Made by a program: the position numbers and the translations under genes
Part shown: positions 1-8,959 of the stretch, piece after piece
Numbering within the stretch: position 1 is the first letter of the stretch
Layout: every line of letters starts with the position of its first letter
The notes under the pieces: model-generated
Told to the model about the DNA's origin: nothing
Seen by the model: only the letters and a program-made list of their open reading frames with translations
The model's database searches: none
Origin: Armatimonadota bacterium
GTDB lineage: Bacteria; Sysuimicrobiota; Sysuimicrobiia; Sysuimicrobiales; Kaftiobacteriaceae
Assembly: GCA_037440005.1 (NCBI GenBank)
Contig: JBBIUY010000014.1
Coordinates: forward strand, 1-64,000
Direction of reading: 5' to 3'
DNA length: 64,000 nt

Positions 1-435
1 AACCTGCTCAAGGCAATCCGCCAGATCGTCGAGCAACAAGGCGCCGACCAGCCCTACCTCATCTCCATCGGCGAGCGGGCCGAGGCGATCGTGCGCGCCT
101 TCGAGGAACGACAGATCACAACTCAGGAAGCGCTTCGCCAACTTGTTGAGGGACCTGTCCGGGAGTGCGAGGAGGCCGAAGCGAAGCAGAAGACGACCGA
201 TCTTTCCGCGGAGGCATTCGCGATCTACTGGATTCTCAGCCGCGAGGGAGTATCTGATGGTGAAGCGACGGCACGCCGGATCGCGGGCGTTCTCGAGCGC
301 TTTCCCCACTGGCGCGTCAGTGAGCACCACGAGCGCGAGGCGCGCAAGGGAATCTACAAAGCCCTTCTCGACACGGGCGTTAGCGATCCGGTCCCGATCG
401 CCGAGCGGTTCCTGAATCTCCTACGGAGATCCTGA
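1..435 (+). CDS. hsdR: Type I restriction endonuclease subunit R, C-terminal part (5'-truncated by window)
   Basis: Frame +1 is open from base 1 (NLLKAIRQ...PYLISIGERAEAIVRAFEERQITTQEAL...FPHW), resembling HsdR C-termini. It is followed by a YgjP-like gene, the usual type I R-M neighbour. Confidence 0.7.
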   Translation, partial: NLLKAIRQIVEQQGADQPYLISIGERAEAIVRAFEERQITTQEALRQLVEGPVRECEEAEAKQKTTDLSAEAFAIYWILSREGVSDGEATARRIAGVLERFPHWRVSEHHEREARKGIYKALLDTGVSDPVPIAERFLNLLRRS

Positions 436-437
436 GG

Positions 438-749
438 ATGACGCGATCGAGGAACAGTCAGGAGTGGCGACCTCTAGAGCACGAAGTCCCGATCGAGCTC
501 TTCAAAGCGGAAGTTCGAGAATGGGCAAAGCGTATCGGGGTCAAGGCTCCCGAGATCCACATTCGAGCAATGAAGCGGAAATGGGCGAGCTGCTCGTCCA
601 ACGGTCGCCTCACGTTTGATGCGGCGATCCTGAACCAGCCGGCGAGATTTCGCGCCGAGGTAATCGTTCACGAGCTCTTGCACCTCAAACTGCCCAACCA
701 CGGCCGGCTGTTTCGAGCGCTCCTCCGGTCCTACCTGGCGCGCTATTGA
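438..749 (+). CDS. YgjP/DUF45-like M48 metallopeptidase
   Basis: MKRKWASCS...[12 protein letters not shown]: HExxH plus W-x-SC and NH motifs. Confidence 0.85.
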   Translation: MTRSRNSQEWRPLEHEVPIELFKAEVREWAKRIGVKAPEIHIRAMKRKWASCSSNGRLTFDAAILNQPARFRAEVIVHELLHLKLPNHGRLFRALLRSYLARY

Positions 750-753
750 CCGC

Positions 754-916
754 TTCGCGGAGCGCATGCGTGACGCCCTGTCGCGCCTCGTTCATCGGCT
801 TCAGCGGCACGTCCCTCGAGCTCGAAGACCGCAACACCCGTCTGGTCTTCGGCGACTATATCTCAGTCTACGACGTCCAGCGCGTGATCAAGGACCAGGC
901 CACCGTGCCGCTCTAA
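754..916 (+). pseudogene. hsdR: Eroded fragment of a second hsdR (helicase motif III region)
   Basis: [10 protein letters not shown]/(frameshift at ~784)/[43 protein letters not shown] matches the HsdR pattern MRDALPNASFIGFTGTP...VFGDYISxYDIQRAxxDxATVPI. Confidence 0.75.
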
Positions 917-924
917 CCGCAGAC

Positions 925-1076
925 TGGCCGCGGCTACGCCGATCGCTACTTCGGGCTGCTGGAAGCCCTGGAGGCGCTTTCGGACGGCCGGTGGACCTGA
1001 TCGTCGCCTCCGCCATCAAGAACTCCTATTCCCACGAGTCTATCGACAAGACCAGGGCGTTGCTGATGCGGCTTGA
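925..1076 (+). pseudogene. Frameshifted C-terminal remnant of an MNT nucleotidyltransferase antitoxin
   Basis: ADRYFGLLEALEAL/(frameshift)/FGRPVDLIVASAIKNSY..ESIDKTRALL, a typical MNT C-terminus with no intact N-terminus. Confidence 0.6.
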
Positions 1077-1093
1077 AGAGAAGGAGCTGGGTT

Positions 1094-1384
1094 ATGACCC
1101 TTAGCGAGCATCTGCGGGAGAAGCGCGACAACATCCTGCGCACCTGCGCGAAATACGGGGCGCGCAACGTGCGGGTGTTTGGCTCGGCGGCGCGCGGTGA
1201 GGCCGACGAGAAAAGCGACCTGGACTTCCTCGTTGAGCTTGAGCCGGGCCGCACTCTTTTTGATTTAGGAGGCCTCCAGTACGAGTTGGAGGAGCTGCTG
1301 GGATGCCGGGTAGGCGTGGTGACGGAGCGAGCGCTAAAAAAGAGGATCCGCGACCGTGTCCTTCGGGAAGCGGTGCCGGTATGA
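1094..1384 (+). CDS. Minimal nucleotidyltransferase (MNT) antitoxin
   Basis: [20 protein letters not shown] (GS-x10-DxD); AAGGAG RBS. Confidence 0.9.
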   Translation: MTLSEHLREKRDNILRTCAKYGARNVRVFGSAARGEADEKSDLDFLVELEPGRTLFDLGGLQYELEELLGCRVGVVTERALKKRIRDRVLREAVPV

Positions 1385-1563
1385 GAGATCCTAAGGAAAG
1401 GCTACGGGATATCCTCCAGGCGATCGCAGCAATTGGGCGATACCACCACCGGGGCAGGGCTGCTCTTGAGCAGGACGAGATGCTCCAGGTAGCGCGGCCC
1501 TCAAGAGACGCCAGTGCGCTCTGGCACGTCCCGACTTTGGCGCTAGTTCGCCGAACGTCTTGA
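1381..1563 (+). pseudogene. Truncated HEPN/DUF86 toxin
   Basis: ATGA overlap with the MNT stop. [21 protein letters not shown]...EQDEMLQV is a DUF86 N-terminus, but similarity ends at about 1490 and there is no Rx4HxY motif. Confidence 0.7.
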
Positions 1564-1688
1564 AGAACCTGGCCTCCGCGAACTTCCCGTCAGCGAGGGG
1601 GACCGCCTCCCAGTCTCCCTGAGCGCCGCCCACGCCCACTACGTCCATAGCGCCCCTCCTAGCGTAGCTAGTGCGTGGCGCAGCAAAG

Positions 1689-1717
1689 TTGACAGTTAAC
1701 CGATGTAATTATAGCAT
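1689..1717 (+). promoter_or_regulatory. sigma70-type promoter of the XRE/ImmA-PIN operon
   Basis: TTGACA-N17-TAGCAT in an AT-rich patch. Confidence 0.7.
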
Positions 1718-1737
1718 AGAAAAAAAGGATGATGTAA

Positions 1738-2880
1738 ATGCGGCATCAGGATCTTGGTCGTCGCATCGCCCGGGCGCGGGAGCGCCGCGGTCTGACCCAG
1801 GCGCAGCTAGCCCAGGCCGTCGACCTTTCCCAGTCGGCCATCTCCCGCATCGAGTCGGGCGTGCGCGCCGTGGACTCCCTCGAGCTCGCCCGCATCGCGG
1901 CGGAGATTGGGGTCTCAGTCCTCGAGCTCCTGGAGGAGCGCCCCCTCCCTGACGAACTCCTGGCCTTCGCCGGGCGCCTTCAGGCGGCGCGAGCCCCCGG
2001 CGCCGTCGATCGAGCTCGCCGGCGCGTGACCGAGCTCTTGGAGCTCCACCGACTCCTCTCGGACCTGGGCGTTCCCCCAGAGCGAGCCCCCGAGATCCCC
2101 ATAAGCCCGTTGTCCCGAGGGGGTCGAGCCATCGACCAGGGCGCGGAGCTGGCCCGTCGTGCCCGCACACATCTTGGCCTCGGGGACGAACCCCTCCCGG
2201 ACCTCGTCGAGCTGCTCGAAGAGCGCCTCGGCGTCCATGTCGCGGTGGAGCCCCTCCCGGAAGGAGTGGAGGGGCTCTGTATCCGGCTCGAAGATTTCTG
2301 TCTTGCCCTCGTCCGGAGCCAGCCTGTAGTCGGGCGCGAGCGGTTCACCCTGGCCCATGAGCTCGGACACCTGCTTGCAGGCGACGCCGAGCCGTTGCAC
2401 CTCGACGAACAGCTCTTCGGCCAGGGTCTCCAGGAGATCCGGGCCAATGCCTTCGCGGCCCACTTCCTCATGCCCGAAGCGGGCCTTCGGAAGCGAGTCC
2501 GCGGGCGCTCCGTCGATGGCCAGGTGGTCTGCGAGCTGCAGTATGCCTTCGGGGTGAGCCTGGAGGCGCTCCTCTGGCACCTGAGGAACCTCAGCCTCAT
2601 CGACGAGCCCACCCAGCGGGAACTCCAGGCGTCAGGCCCCAAGGCCCTCGCCCTGCGATACGGCTACCTCACCGATTGGGAGGCTTCCTACCGGGTAAGG
2701 CCTCCGAGGCGACCCCCGGCCCGCCTTCTGCGCCGAGCGGTTCAGGCCTACGTCCGCGGCCTCATCGGTGTGGAGGTACTGGCAGACCTGCTCGGTAGGG
2801 ATCCCGAAGATGTTCGCCGCGACCTGGAGGACGCCGGGATCGGGCCCGCGACCTGGCCGGAGGACACCGCCCCCGCTTGA
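1738..2880 (+). CDS. XRE-family HTH fused to an ImmA/IrrE Zn-metallopeptidase domain
   Basis: N-terminal LTQAQLAQAVDLSQSAISRIESG HTH; RERFTLAHELGH...EIRANAFAAHFLMP. Confidence 0.9.
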   Translation: MRHQDLGRRIARARERRGLTQAQLAQAVDLSQSAISRIESGVRAVDSLELARIAAEIGVSVLELLEERPLPDELLAFAGRLQAARAPGAVDRARRRVTELLELHRLLSDLGVPPERAPEIPISPLSRGGRAIDQGAELARRARTHLGLGDEPLPDLVELLEERLGVHVAVEPLPEGVEGLCIRLEDFCLALVRSQPVVGRERFTLAHELGHLLAGDAEPLHLDEQLFGQGLQEIRANAFAAHFLMPEAGLRKRVRGRSVDGQVVCELQYAFGVSLEALLWHLRNLSLIDEPTQRELQASGPKALALRYGYLTDWEASYRVRPPRRPPARLLRRAVQAYVRGLIGVEVLADLLGRDPEDVRRDLEDAGIGPATWPEDTAPA

Positions 2881-3398
2881 GCAACCAATTTGTGTTCGAC
2901 GCGGGGCCCCTGTCGGCCTTCGCGCGCGTCGGACGGCTCGACCTCCTGGCTGGACGCTATGCGGGGAGGGCCCTGTGGACGGTGGAGGTCCGCGAGGAGA
3001 TCCAGCGCGGCACCGCCAGGTTCCCTTCGCTCGGTGAGGCCCTGCGGGCGGACTGGCTTGGGACGCCCGTCCGGATGACGGATCCCATGGACCTCCTCGA
3101 GATCGAGCGCCTGCGCCGAGCCCTGGGCGGTACCGGGGAGGAGCCACTGCGCCATCTGGGGGAGGCGGCCACGCTGGTACTGGCACGGCGCGAGGCCGCA
3201 ACTGCGGTGCTCGACGACCGCGACGCTCGTCGCCTGGCTAACGCACTGGGCATCCCTCTTGTGGGGACCCTCGGCATCCTTCGTGCGTGTGTCCGCGACG
3301 GCACACTCTCCCGCGACGAGGCGTGGACAATCGTCCGTGCGATGATCGCGAGCAGCATCCGTTTCCCCGCGGACGTCGGGCCAGACTGGCTCAGCTGA
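2877..3398 (+). CDS. PIN-domain protein (DUF3368-like)
   Basis: VFDAGPL...LGEAATLVLA...VLDDRDARRLA..LGI..VGTLGIL; overlaps the upstream stop. Confidence 0.85.
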   Translation: MSNQFVFDAGPLSAFARVGRLDLLAGRYAGRALWTVEVREEIQRGTARFPSLGEALRADWLGTPVRMTDPMDLLEIERLRRALGGTGEEPLRHLGEAATLVLARREAATAVLDDRDARRLANALGIPLVGTLGILRACVRDGTLSRDEAWTIVRAMIASSIRFPADVGPDWLS

Positions 3399-3529
3399 GC
3401 CGATCCTGGCTCCCTGCGCCCGGTAAGCTCCGACCTAGTTTGTCCCGTCAAAGCTGGTTTGGTGATCCTCGCCGAAGTCGATGGCCTGCGCTGGGTCTTG
3501 GGTGAATCCGCGATTCGAGCGAGCAATTC

Positions 3530-3618
3530 GTGCTGTTCATCGTCCACCACATGCGGCTCACGGTGTTCTACTGCCCCAGCCTCGCACGATACACCTGGAC
3601 AAACCCATGCGGGGCTAC
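3530..3618 (+). pseudogene. hsdR: Eroded hsdR fragment (helicase motif V-VI region)
   Basis: LFIVHHMRLTVFYCPSL/(frameshift)/TIHLDKPMRGY resembles HsdR IVxDMWLTGFDxPSLHTMYLDKPMRGH. Confidence 0.65.
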
Positions 3619-3632
3619 ACCCACAGGCGGAC

Positions 3633-5354
3633 CTACCAGCCGACCGCGTACGATAGCCGGCGGGGGTCGGCGGCGGCGGCCACCACGCCCTCGGCGGGGT
3701 CGCGCAGGGCCGCGCAGACCCCGCCCGCCTGCGGCGTCCACTGCGGCCACAGGTCCACCCGGTGGCCCCGGGCCTGCAGGCCGGCGCGGGCCGCTTCGGG
3801 GATGCGCGCTTCGGCCCGCACCAGTCCCGGCTCGTAGCGGTGGGGGTGGGTGGAGGCCGGGAAGCTGTAGGTGGCGACCCGGGCCGCCTCCACCGCCTCC
3901 TGGGGGTCCGTCCCGTACTCGATGAGGTTGAGGAGAAACTGCAGCATGGCCTGGGGCTGCACGTCGTAGCCGGGCGTCCCGAAGGCCAGGACGAATCCGT
4001 CCGGGCGGGTCACCACGGCGGGGCTGGGGGTCAGCCGGGGGCGCTTGCCCGGCGCCACGCAGGCGGGGTGGGAGGGGTCCAGCCAGGACTGGCTGCCCCG
4101 CGGCGAGATGACGATCCCCAGCCCCGGCACCAGAGGCGTCTCCAGCACGCCGTCGCTGGGCGTGGCGGAAAAGGCGTTGCCGTCGCTGTCCACCACGCAC
4201 ACGTAGCTGGTGTCGGCAGCTCCCTCCCGCCCGCCGGCCCTGCGGGGTGCGGGAGGGGGAACCGGGGCGGCGGGGCGTCCGGCGTCCCCCGGCTCCGGCA
4301 TGCCGGCAAACGCCCGGCGGGGGTCAATGCGCGCGCGCCATCTCGCGGCGTACTCCCTGGACAGCAGGACGTCCACCGGCACCGGCACGAAGTCCGGGTC
4401 CCCGTAATACGCGTGGCGGTCGGCAAAGGCGGCCAGCAGCGCCTGCAGGATCAGGTGGAGGCTGTCGGCGGAGTTGTGGGGGAGTGAGGCCAGGTCGTAG
4501 CCTTCCAGGATGTTGAGGGCCTGCAGGAGCACCGGGCCCTGGCACCACGGCCCGCACCCGAAGACGTCGTAGCCCCGGTAGGTGGTGCGCACGGGAGGCT
4601 CTTGCCGGACAGTAAAGCGGGCGAGGTCGTCGGTGGTCAGCAGTCCTCCTTCTTGCTGGCAGAACGCGGCCAGCTGCTGGGCGATGTCGCCGCGGTAGAA
4701 GCGGTCGCGCACCGCCTGCAGGCCCACCGCCCGGGAGGTGGTCGTGCCCTCGGCCTCCACCAGCAGGCGCAGGGTGGCGGCCAGGTCGCGCTGGACCAGG
4801 ACCTCGCCCACCTGCGGCAGGCGGCCGCGGGGGAGGTAGACGGCGGCGGTGGACGGCCAGCGTTGCAGCGCGGGCGCCGCGGAGGTCAGGTTGTCGCGGA
4901 GGAACCGGTTGACGGGGAACCCCCGCTCCGCTAGCTCGATGGCGGGGGCGGCGACGTCGGCAAAGCGCATGGTGCCAAAGGCCGCCAGGGCTTCCACCCA
5001 CGCGTCCAGGGCGGCGGGGACCACGCTGGCCAGGATGCCGCCGGAGATGTCCCCGCCGCGGCGGAGGAGCTCGTCCACCGTGGCCGCCTGGGGCCAACGT
5101 CCCAGGCCGCTGATGGTGGCCACCTGGCCGTTCGCGCGGCGCACCACGATGGGCGCCACCCCTCCCAGGTTGGTCATGTCGGGCTGCACCACGTTCAGGC
5201 ACAGGCCGGCGGCCACGCCGGCGTCCACCACGGTGCCGCCGGCCTCCAGGATCCGGGCGGCGGCCTGGCTGGCCAGGTGGTGGCCGGAGGCCACCGCGTA
5301 GCGGCGCCCCATCACGGGCGGGCGCAGGGTCGGAAGAGGTCGCAACTCGATCAC
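3633..5354 (-). CDS. Gamma-glutamyltransferase-family Ntn hydrolase
   Basis: GGTVVDAGVAA, autocleavage site ADTSYVCVVD, PGKRPRLT, FGTPG, DPRR C-terminus. Confidence 0.9.
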   Translation of the reverse strand: MIELRPLPTLRPPVMGRRYAVASGHHLASQAAARILEAGGTVVDAGVAAGLCLNVVQPDMTNLGGVAPIVVRRANGQVATISGLGRWPQAATVDELLRRGGDISGGILASVVPAALDAWVEALAAFGTMRFADVAAPAIELAERGFPVNRFLRDNLTSAAPALQRWPSTAAVYLPRGRLPQVGEVLVQRDLAATLRLLVEAEGTTTSRAVGLQAVRDRFYRGDIAQQLAAFCQQEGGLLTTDDLARFTVRQEPPVRTTYRGYDVFGCGPWCQGPVLLQALNILEGYDLASLPHNSADSLHLILQALLAAFADRHAYYGDPDFVPVPVDVLLSREYAARWRARIDPRRAFAGMPEPGDAGRPAAPVPPPAPRRAGGREGAADTSYVCVVDSDGNAFSATPSDGVLETPLVPGLGIVISPRGSQSWLDPSHPACVAPGKRPRLTPSPAVVTRPDGFVLAFGTPGYDVQPQAMLQFLLNLIEYGTDPQEAVEAARVATYSFPASTHPHRYEPGLVRAEARIPEAARAGLQARGHRVDLWPQWTPQAGGVCAALRDPAEGVVAAAADPRRLSYAVGW

Positions 5355-6784
5355 GGCGCGCGTCCTCCGTTGTGGGTCGGTTCGGCCGCGAGATCCGGGG
5401 GAGGCGGCAGGGGCGCCGCCTGCTGGACGGCGGCCGCCACGGCCAGCACGGTCCGGTCGGCGTGGTGCGGGCCGACGACCTGCAGCCCCACCGGCAGCCC
5501 CGAGGCCGTCCGGCCGGCCGGCACCGAGACGGCGGGCATCCCGGTGAGGTTGAAGGGGGCCACGGGCTGGATGCGCCGGCGCAGGGCCTCCCAGGAGCCG
5601 CTGGCGGCGGCCGCCTCAGCCGGCGGGGCCTCGCGGAGCATGGTGGGCAGCACCAGCACGTCCACCTGCTCAAACAGCGCGCCGACCTGCCGGGTGATCA
5701 GGCGCTGCACGCGCCGGGCCTGCACGTACTGCGCCGCGGGGACGGCCAGGCCGGCCAGCAGCAGTTCGCGGACGGTCGCGCAGTAATCAGGCAGGTGGTC
5801 CCGCAGGAAGCTCCGGTGGTAGGCCGCCGCCTCCGCCAGGCACAGCGTCCACCAGGCCGGGACGACCTCCCGGGCGTGGGGCAGGCTCACCTCCACCACC
5901 TCGCCCGCCACCGACTCCAAGACCTGTACGGCGCCCCTGACGACGTTGAGGAACTCCGGGGAGGCGTCCTGGGGGTCCCAGAAGGCGGCCACCACCCCGA
6001 CCCGCAGCTGGTCCAGCCGCTCGACGGCGCCGCGAGAGGGCGGGGCTGCCATCGTCTGCCGCGTCGTGGGGTCCAGCGGGTCGGGCCCGGCGATGGCGTC
6101 CAGCAAGATGGCCGCGTCCTCGGCGGTGCGCGCCATGGGGCCCACGTGGTCCAGCGACCAGGACAGGGGCACCACCCCCGCCCGGCTGACGGCGCCGTAG
6201 GTGGGCTTGAGCCCGACGATCCCGCAGTGGGCCGCCGGGCCCCGGATGGACCCGCCCGTGTCGGTGCCCAGCGAGCCAAAGCACAGGCCCGCCGCCACGG
6301 CCGCCGCCGACCCGCTGCTGGACCCTCCGGTGAACCGGCTCGGGTCCCACGGGTTGCGGGGCGGGCCGTAGTCGGGGTGGATGCCGCCGAAGGCGAACTC
6401 GCTCATGTTCAGCTTGCCCAGCAGGACCGCGCCCGCCTCGGCCAGTCGGCGCACCACCGTGGCGTCGGTGGAGGGCACCCAGTCCCGCAGGACCCGGGAG
6501 CCGCACGTGGTCCGGATACCCGCGGTCGCGAAGATGTCTTTGAGGGCCAGCGGCACCCCGTGCAGGGGTCCGCGCCAGCGCCCGTGCATCAGCTCGTCCT
6601 CCGCCCGGCGCGCGTCGTCCAGGGCCCGGTCGGCGGTGACGGTGACGAAGGCGTTGAGCCGCCGGTCCGTCCGCTCGATGCGCTCCAGGCACGCACGCGT
6701 CACCTCGACGGGGGAGACCCTGCGGGCGCGGATCTCCCGCGACAGGTCGGCCAGGCTGAGGCGGGTGGGCGAGGGATCGGTCAT
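5351..6784 (-). CDS. Amidase-signature family amidase
   Basis: [27 protein letters not shown] (Ser-cisSer-Lys triad). Confidence 0.92.
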   Translation of the reverse strand: MTDPSPTRLSLADLSREIRARRVSPVEVTRACLERIERTDRRLNAFVTVTADRALDDARRAEDELMHGRWRGPLHGVPLALKDIFATAGIRTTCGSRVLRDWVPSTDATVVRRLAEAGAVLLGKLNMSEFAFGGIHPDYGPPRNPWDPSRFTGGSSSGSAAAVAAGLCFGSLGTDTGGSIRGPAAHCGIVGLKPTYGAVSRAGVVPLSWSLDHVGPMARTAEDAAILLDAIAGPDPLDPTTRQTMAAPPSRGAVERLDQLRVGVVAAFWDPQDASPEFLNVVRGAVQVLESVAGEVVEVSLPHAREVVPAWWTLCLAEAAAYHRSFLRDHLPDYCATVRELLLAGLAVPAAQYVQARRVQRLITRQVGALFEQVDVLVLPTMLREAPPAEAAAASGSWEALRRRIQPVAPFNLTGMPAVSVPAGRTASGLPVGLQVVGPHHADRTVLAVAAAVQQAAPLPPPPDLAAEPTHNGGRAP

Positions 6785-6990
6785 GGCAGGGCGTCCTGGG
6801 GCCGGTCGGCGGCCGGCGGATCGTCGGGTGGCAGGGCGACGGCGAACAGAACCTCCGCGTCCGCCAGTCCCTGCGCCACCAGGGCGGCCAGGCGGTCCAG
6901 GGCGTCAGGGTCGAGGGTCGCGCCGACCTGCTGCGCCGCGGCGGCCGCGATTTCCCGCGCCCGGAAGTCCCGGTCCGACTGCGCCGTCAT
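6781..6990 (-). CDS. Small protein, probable amidase partner (AtzG/HpxX/GatC-like)
   Basis: 69 aa with AGGAGG RBS, translationally coupled to the amidase; FAVALPPDDPPA C-terminus. Confidence 0.55.
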   Translation of the reverse strand: MTAQSDRDFRAREIAAAAAQQVGATLDPDALDRLAALVAQGLADAEVLFAVALPPDDPPAADRPQDALP

Positions 6991-7066
6991 CGGTCGTCCC
7001 TCCTTCTCCGCCTGCGCGCCTGCGGGGAGACCCGTCCGGGCCGGGAAGACATCCGCACCGGCGTCC

Positions 7067-7969
7067 TCACAGCTGGCCGCGCAGGCGCGGGTCGAGCACG
7101 TCCCGCAGCCGGTCCCCGATCAGGTTGAAGGCCAGGACCACCAGGGTGATCGCCAGCCCGGGCAGGGTGGGCATCCACCACGCCTGCCACACCACTTCCT
7201 GGGACTCGCCGAGCATCTGGCCCAGACTGGGCGTGGGGGGCTGGATCCCCAGACCCAGAAAGCTGAGCGCGGCCTCCCAGATGATCACCACCGGCAGCTG
7301 GAGGGTGGCCAGGACCAGCGTGGTGGGGAGGACGTTGGGCAGCACGTGGCGCAGCAGGATCCTCCTCTCCGACGCGCCGGCCGCCCGGGCCGCCGTCACG
7401 AACTCGCGCTCGGCCAGGGCCAGCACCTCGGCGCGGATCACCCGGGCGTAGGTGGGCCACCCCGCGACGGCGAGGACCAGGATGATCTGGGCGAGCCCGG
7501 TCCCCAGCACCGCCACGACGGCGATCATGAGCAGCAGGGTGGGAATCGCCAGCTGGGTGTCCACGACGCGCATCAGGACCAGGTCCAGCCACCCCCGGCG
7601 GAACCCGGTGACCAGCCCCGCCACCAGGCCCGCGGCGGCGGACAGGGGCACCACCGCCAGGCCCACCAGCAGCGAGATGCGCAGCCCCACCACCAGGCGG
7701 CTGAGGATGTCCCTCCCGAGCTTGTCCGTCCCCAGCAGGTGCAGCTGGCCGCGCACGGGCGTCAGCGACGGCGGGTGCAGCGTCAGGCTCAGGTCCTGGG
7801 CGGAAGGGTCGTAGGGCGGGACCCAGGACAGGCCGAAGCCGGCGACGACCACCGCGCCGAGCAGCGCCACCGCCACCGCGCCCGACGGCCGGCGCAGCAG
7901 GCGGGCGGCCGGCGAGGGCCGCCTAGGCCCGCGCTGCGGTTGCGCGAAGGCGAGGGTCCACCCAGCCAT
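7067..7969 (-). CDS. Peptide/nickel ABC transporter permease (DppC-like)
   Basis: HLLGTDKLGRD, EFVTAARAAGAS..RILLRHVLPN, GDRLRDVLDPR. Confidence 0.9.
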   Translation of the reverse strand: MAGWTLAFAQPQRGPRRPSPAARLLRRPSGAVAVALLGAVVVAGFGLSWVPPYDPSAQDLSLTLHPPSLTPVRGQLHLLGTDKLGRDILSRLVVGLRISLLVGLAVVPLSAAAGLVAGLVTGFRRGWLDLVLMRVVDTQLAIPTLLLMIAVVAVLGTGLAQIILVLAVAGWPTYARVIRAEVLALAEREFVTAARAAGASERRILLRHVLPNVLPTTLVLATLQLPVVIIWEAALSFLGLGIQPPTPSLGQMLGESQEVVWQAWWMPTLPGLAITLVVLAFNLIGDRLRDVLDPRLRGQL

Positions 7970-8852
7970 AGAGCAGGTCGATGACGAAGTTCACGGTCAG
8001 GAACACGGCGGCCCCCACGATGGTGACGCCCTGCACCACCGGAAAGTCCCGGGCCAGCACCGCCTGCACCGCCAGCCGCCCCATCCCGGGCCAGGCGAAG
8101 ATGGACTCGACGATCACCGCGCCGCCCAGCATGCGGCCGAAGTCCATCCCCAGCACCGTGAGGATGGGCAGCAGCGCGTTGCGCAGCCCGTGCCGCACCA
8201 GCACCGCGCGGGAACTCAGCCCCTTGGCCCGGGCGGTGCGGACGTAGTCCTGGGCCAGGACCTCCAGCAGACTGGCCCGGGTCAGCCGGCTGATCTGGGC
8301 GCCGTAGAAGCCGCCCAGGACCACGGCCGGCATCACGAGGTGGGCGAGGCCGCCGTACCCGGAGATGGGCAGCCAGCCCAGGTGAACTCCGAAGACGATG
8401 ATGAGCAGCAGCCCCAGCCAGAAGCTGGGCACGCTGGTGCCCAGCAGGGCCGCCGTCATGGCAGCCGTGTCCCACAGCGACCCCCGGCGGGCGGCGGCCA
8501 CCAGGCCCAGCGTCACGCCCGTGCCCACCGCCACCGCCAGGCCGGCCAGGGCCAGTTCGAAAGTGGCCCGCAGGCGCTCGACGATCAGCTCGGCCACCGG
8601 CAGGCCCTGGCGGAAGGAGTAGCCGAGGTCTCCGCGGGCCACCCGCGCCAGGTAGCGGACGTACTGCACCCCCAGGGGCTGGTCCAGCCCGTAGGCCCGG
8701 CGGATCCGCTCCATGTCCTCCCGGGTGGCGTCCTGGGACACCAGCAGGGTGACGGGGTCTCCGCTGGCGTGCAGCAGGACGAAGACCACCGACACCACGC
8801 CCCACAGGGCCACCACCGACAGCAGCAACCGCCGGAGGGCCAGCTCACCCAT
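7923..8852 (-). CDS. Peptide/nickel ABC transporter permease (DppB-like)
   Basis: GLDQPLGVQY, DYVRTARAKGL..VLVRHGLRN, LYGWVDPR. Confidence 0.9.
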   Translation of the reverse strand: MGELALRRLLLSVVALWGVVSVVFVLLHASGDPVTLLVSQDATREDMERIRRAYGLDQPLGVQYVRYLARVARGDLGYSFRQGLPVAELIVERLRATFELALAGLAVAVGTGVTLGLVAAARRGSLWDTAAMTAALLGTSVPSFWLGLLLIIVFGVHLGWLPISGYGGLAHLVMPAVVLGGFYGAQISRLTRASLLEVLAQDYVRTARAKGLSSRAVLVRHGLRNALLPILTVLGMDFGRMLGGAVIVESIFAWPGMGRLAVQAVLARDFPVVQGVTIVGAAVFLTVNFVIDLLYGWVDPRLRATAARA

Positions 8853-8959
8853 GGCACCCGACTCCGCGCCGGACACCGCCGCCTCCCCCGCCAGCCCGCG
8901 GGCCGCGTCCGGGCGGGCGCGCCGCCGGCGGGGGAGGGGAGAGGTCGGCGGTCACGGCG

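Noticed and set aside
766..1104. 112-aa ORF as a real gene
   Set aside because: It is a chimeric read-through of hsdR and MNT remnants in mixed frames.
1..3632. Integrase, transposase or att site for the island
   Set aside because: None was recognisable within the window, and the left boundary lies outside it.
5351..6990. gatA/gatC call
   Set aside because: There is no gatB, and the context is a catabolic transporter operon.
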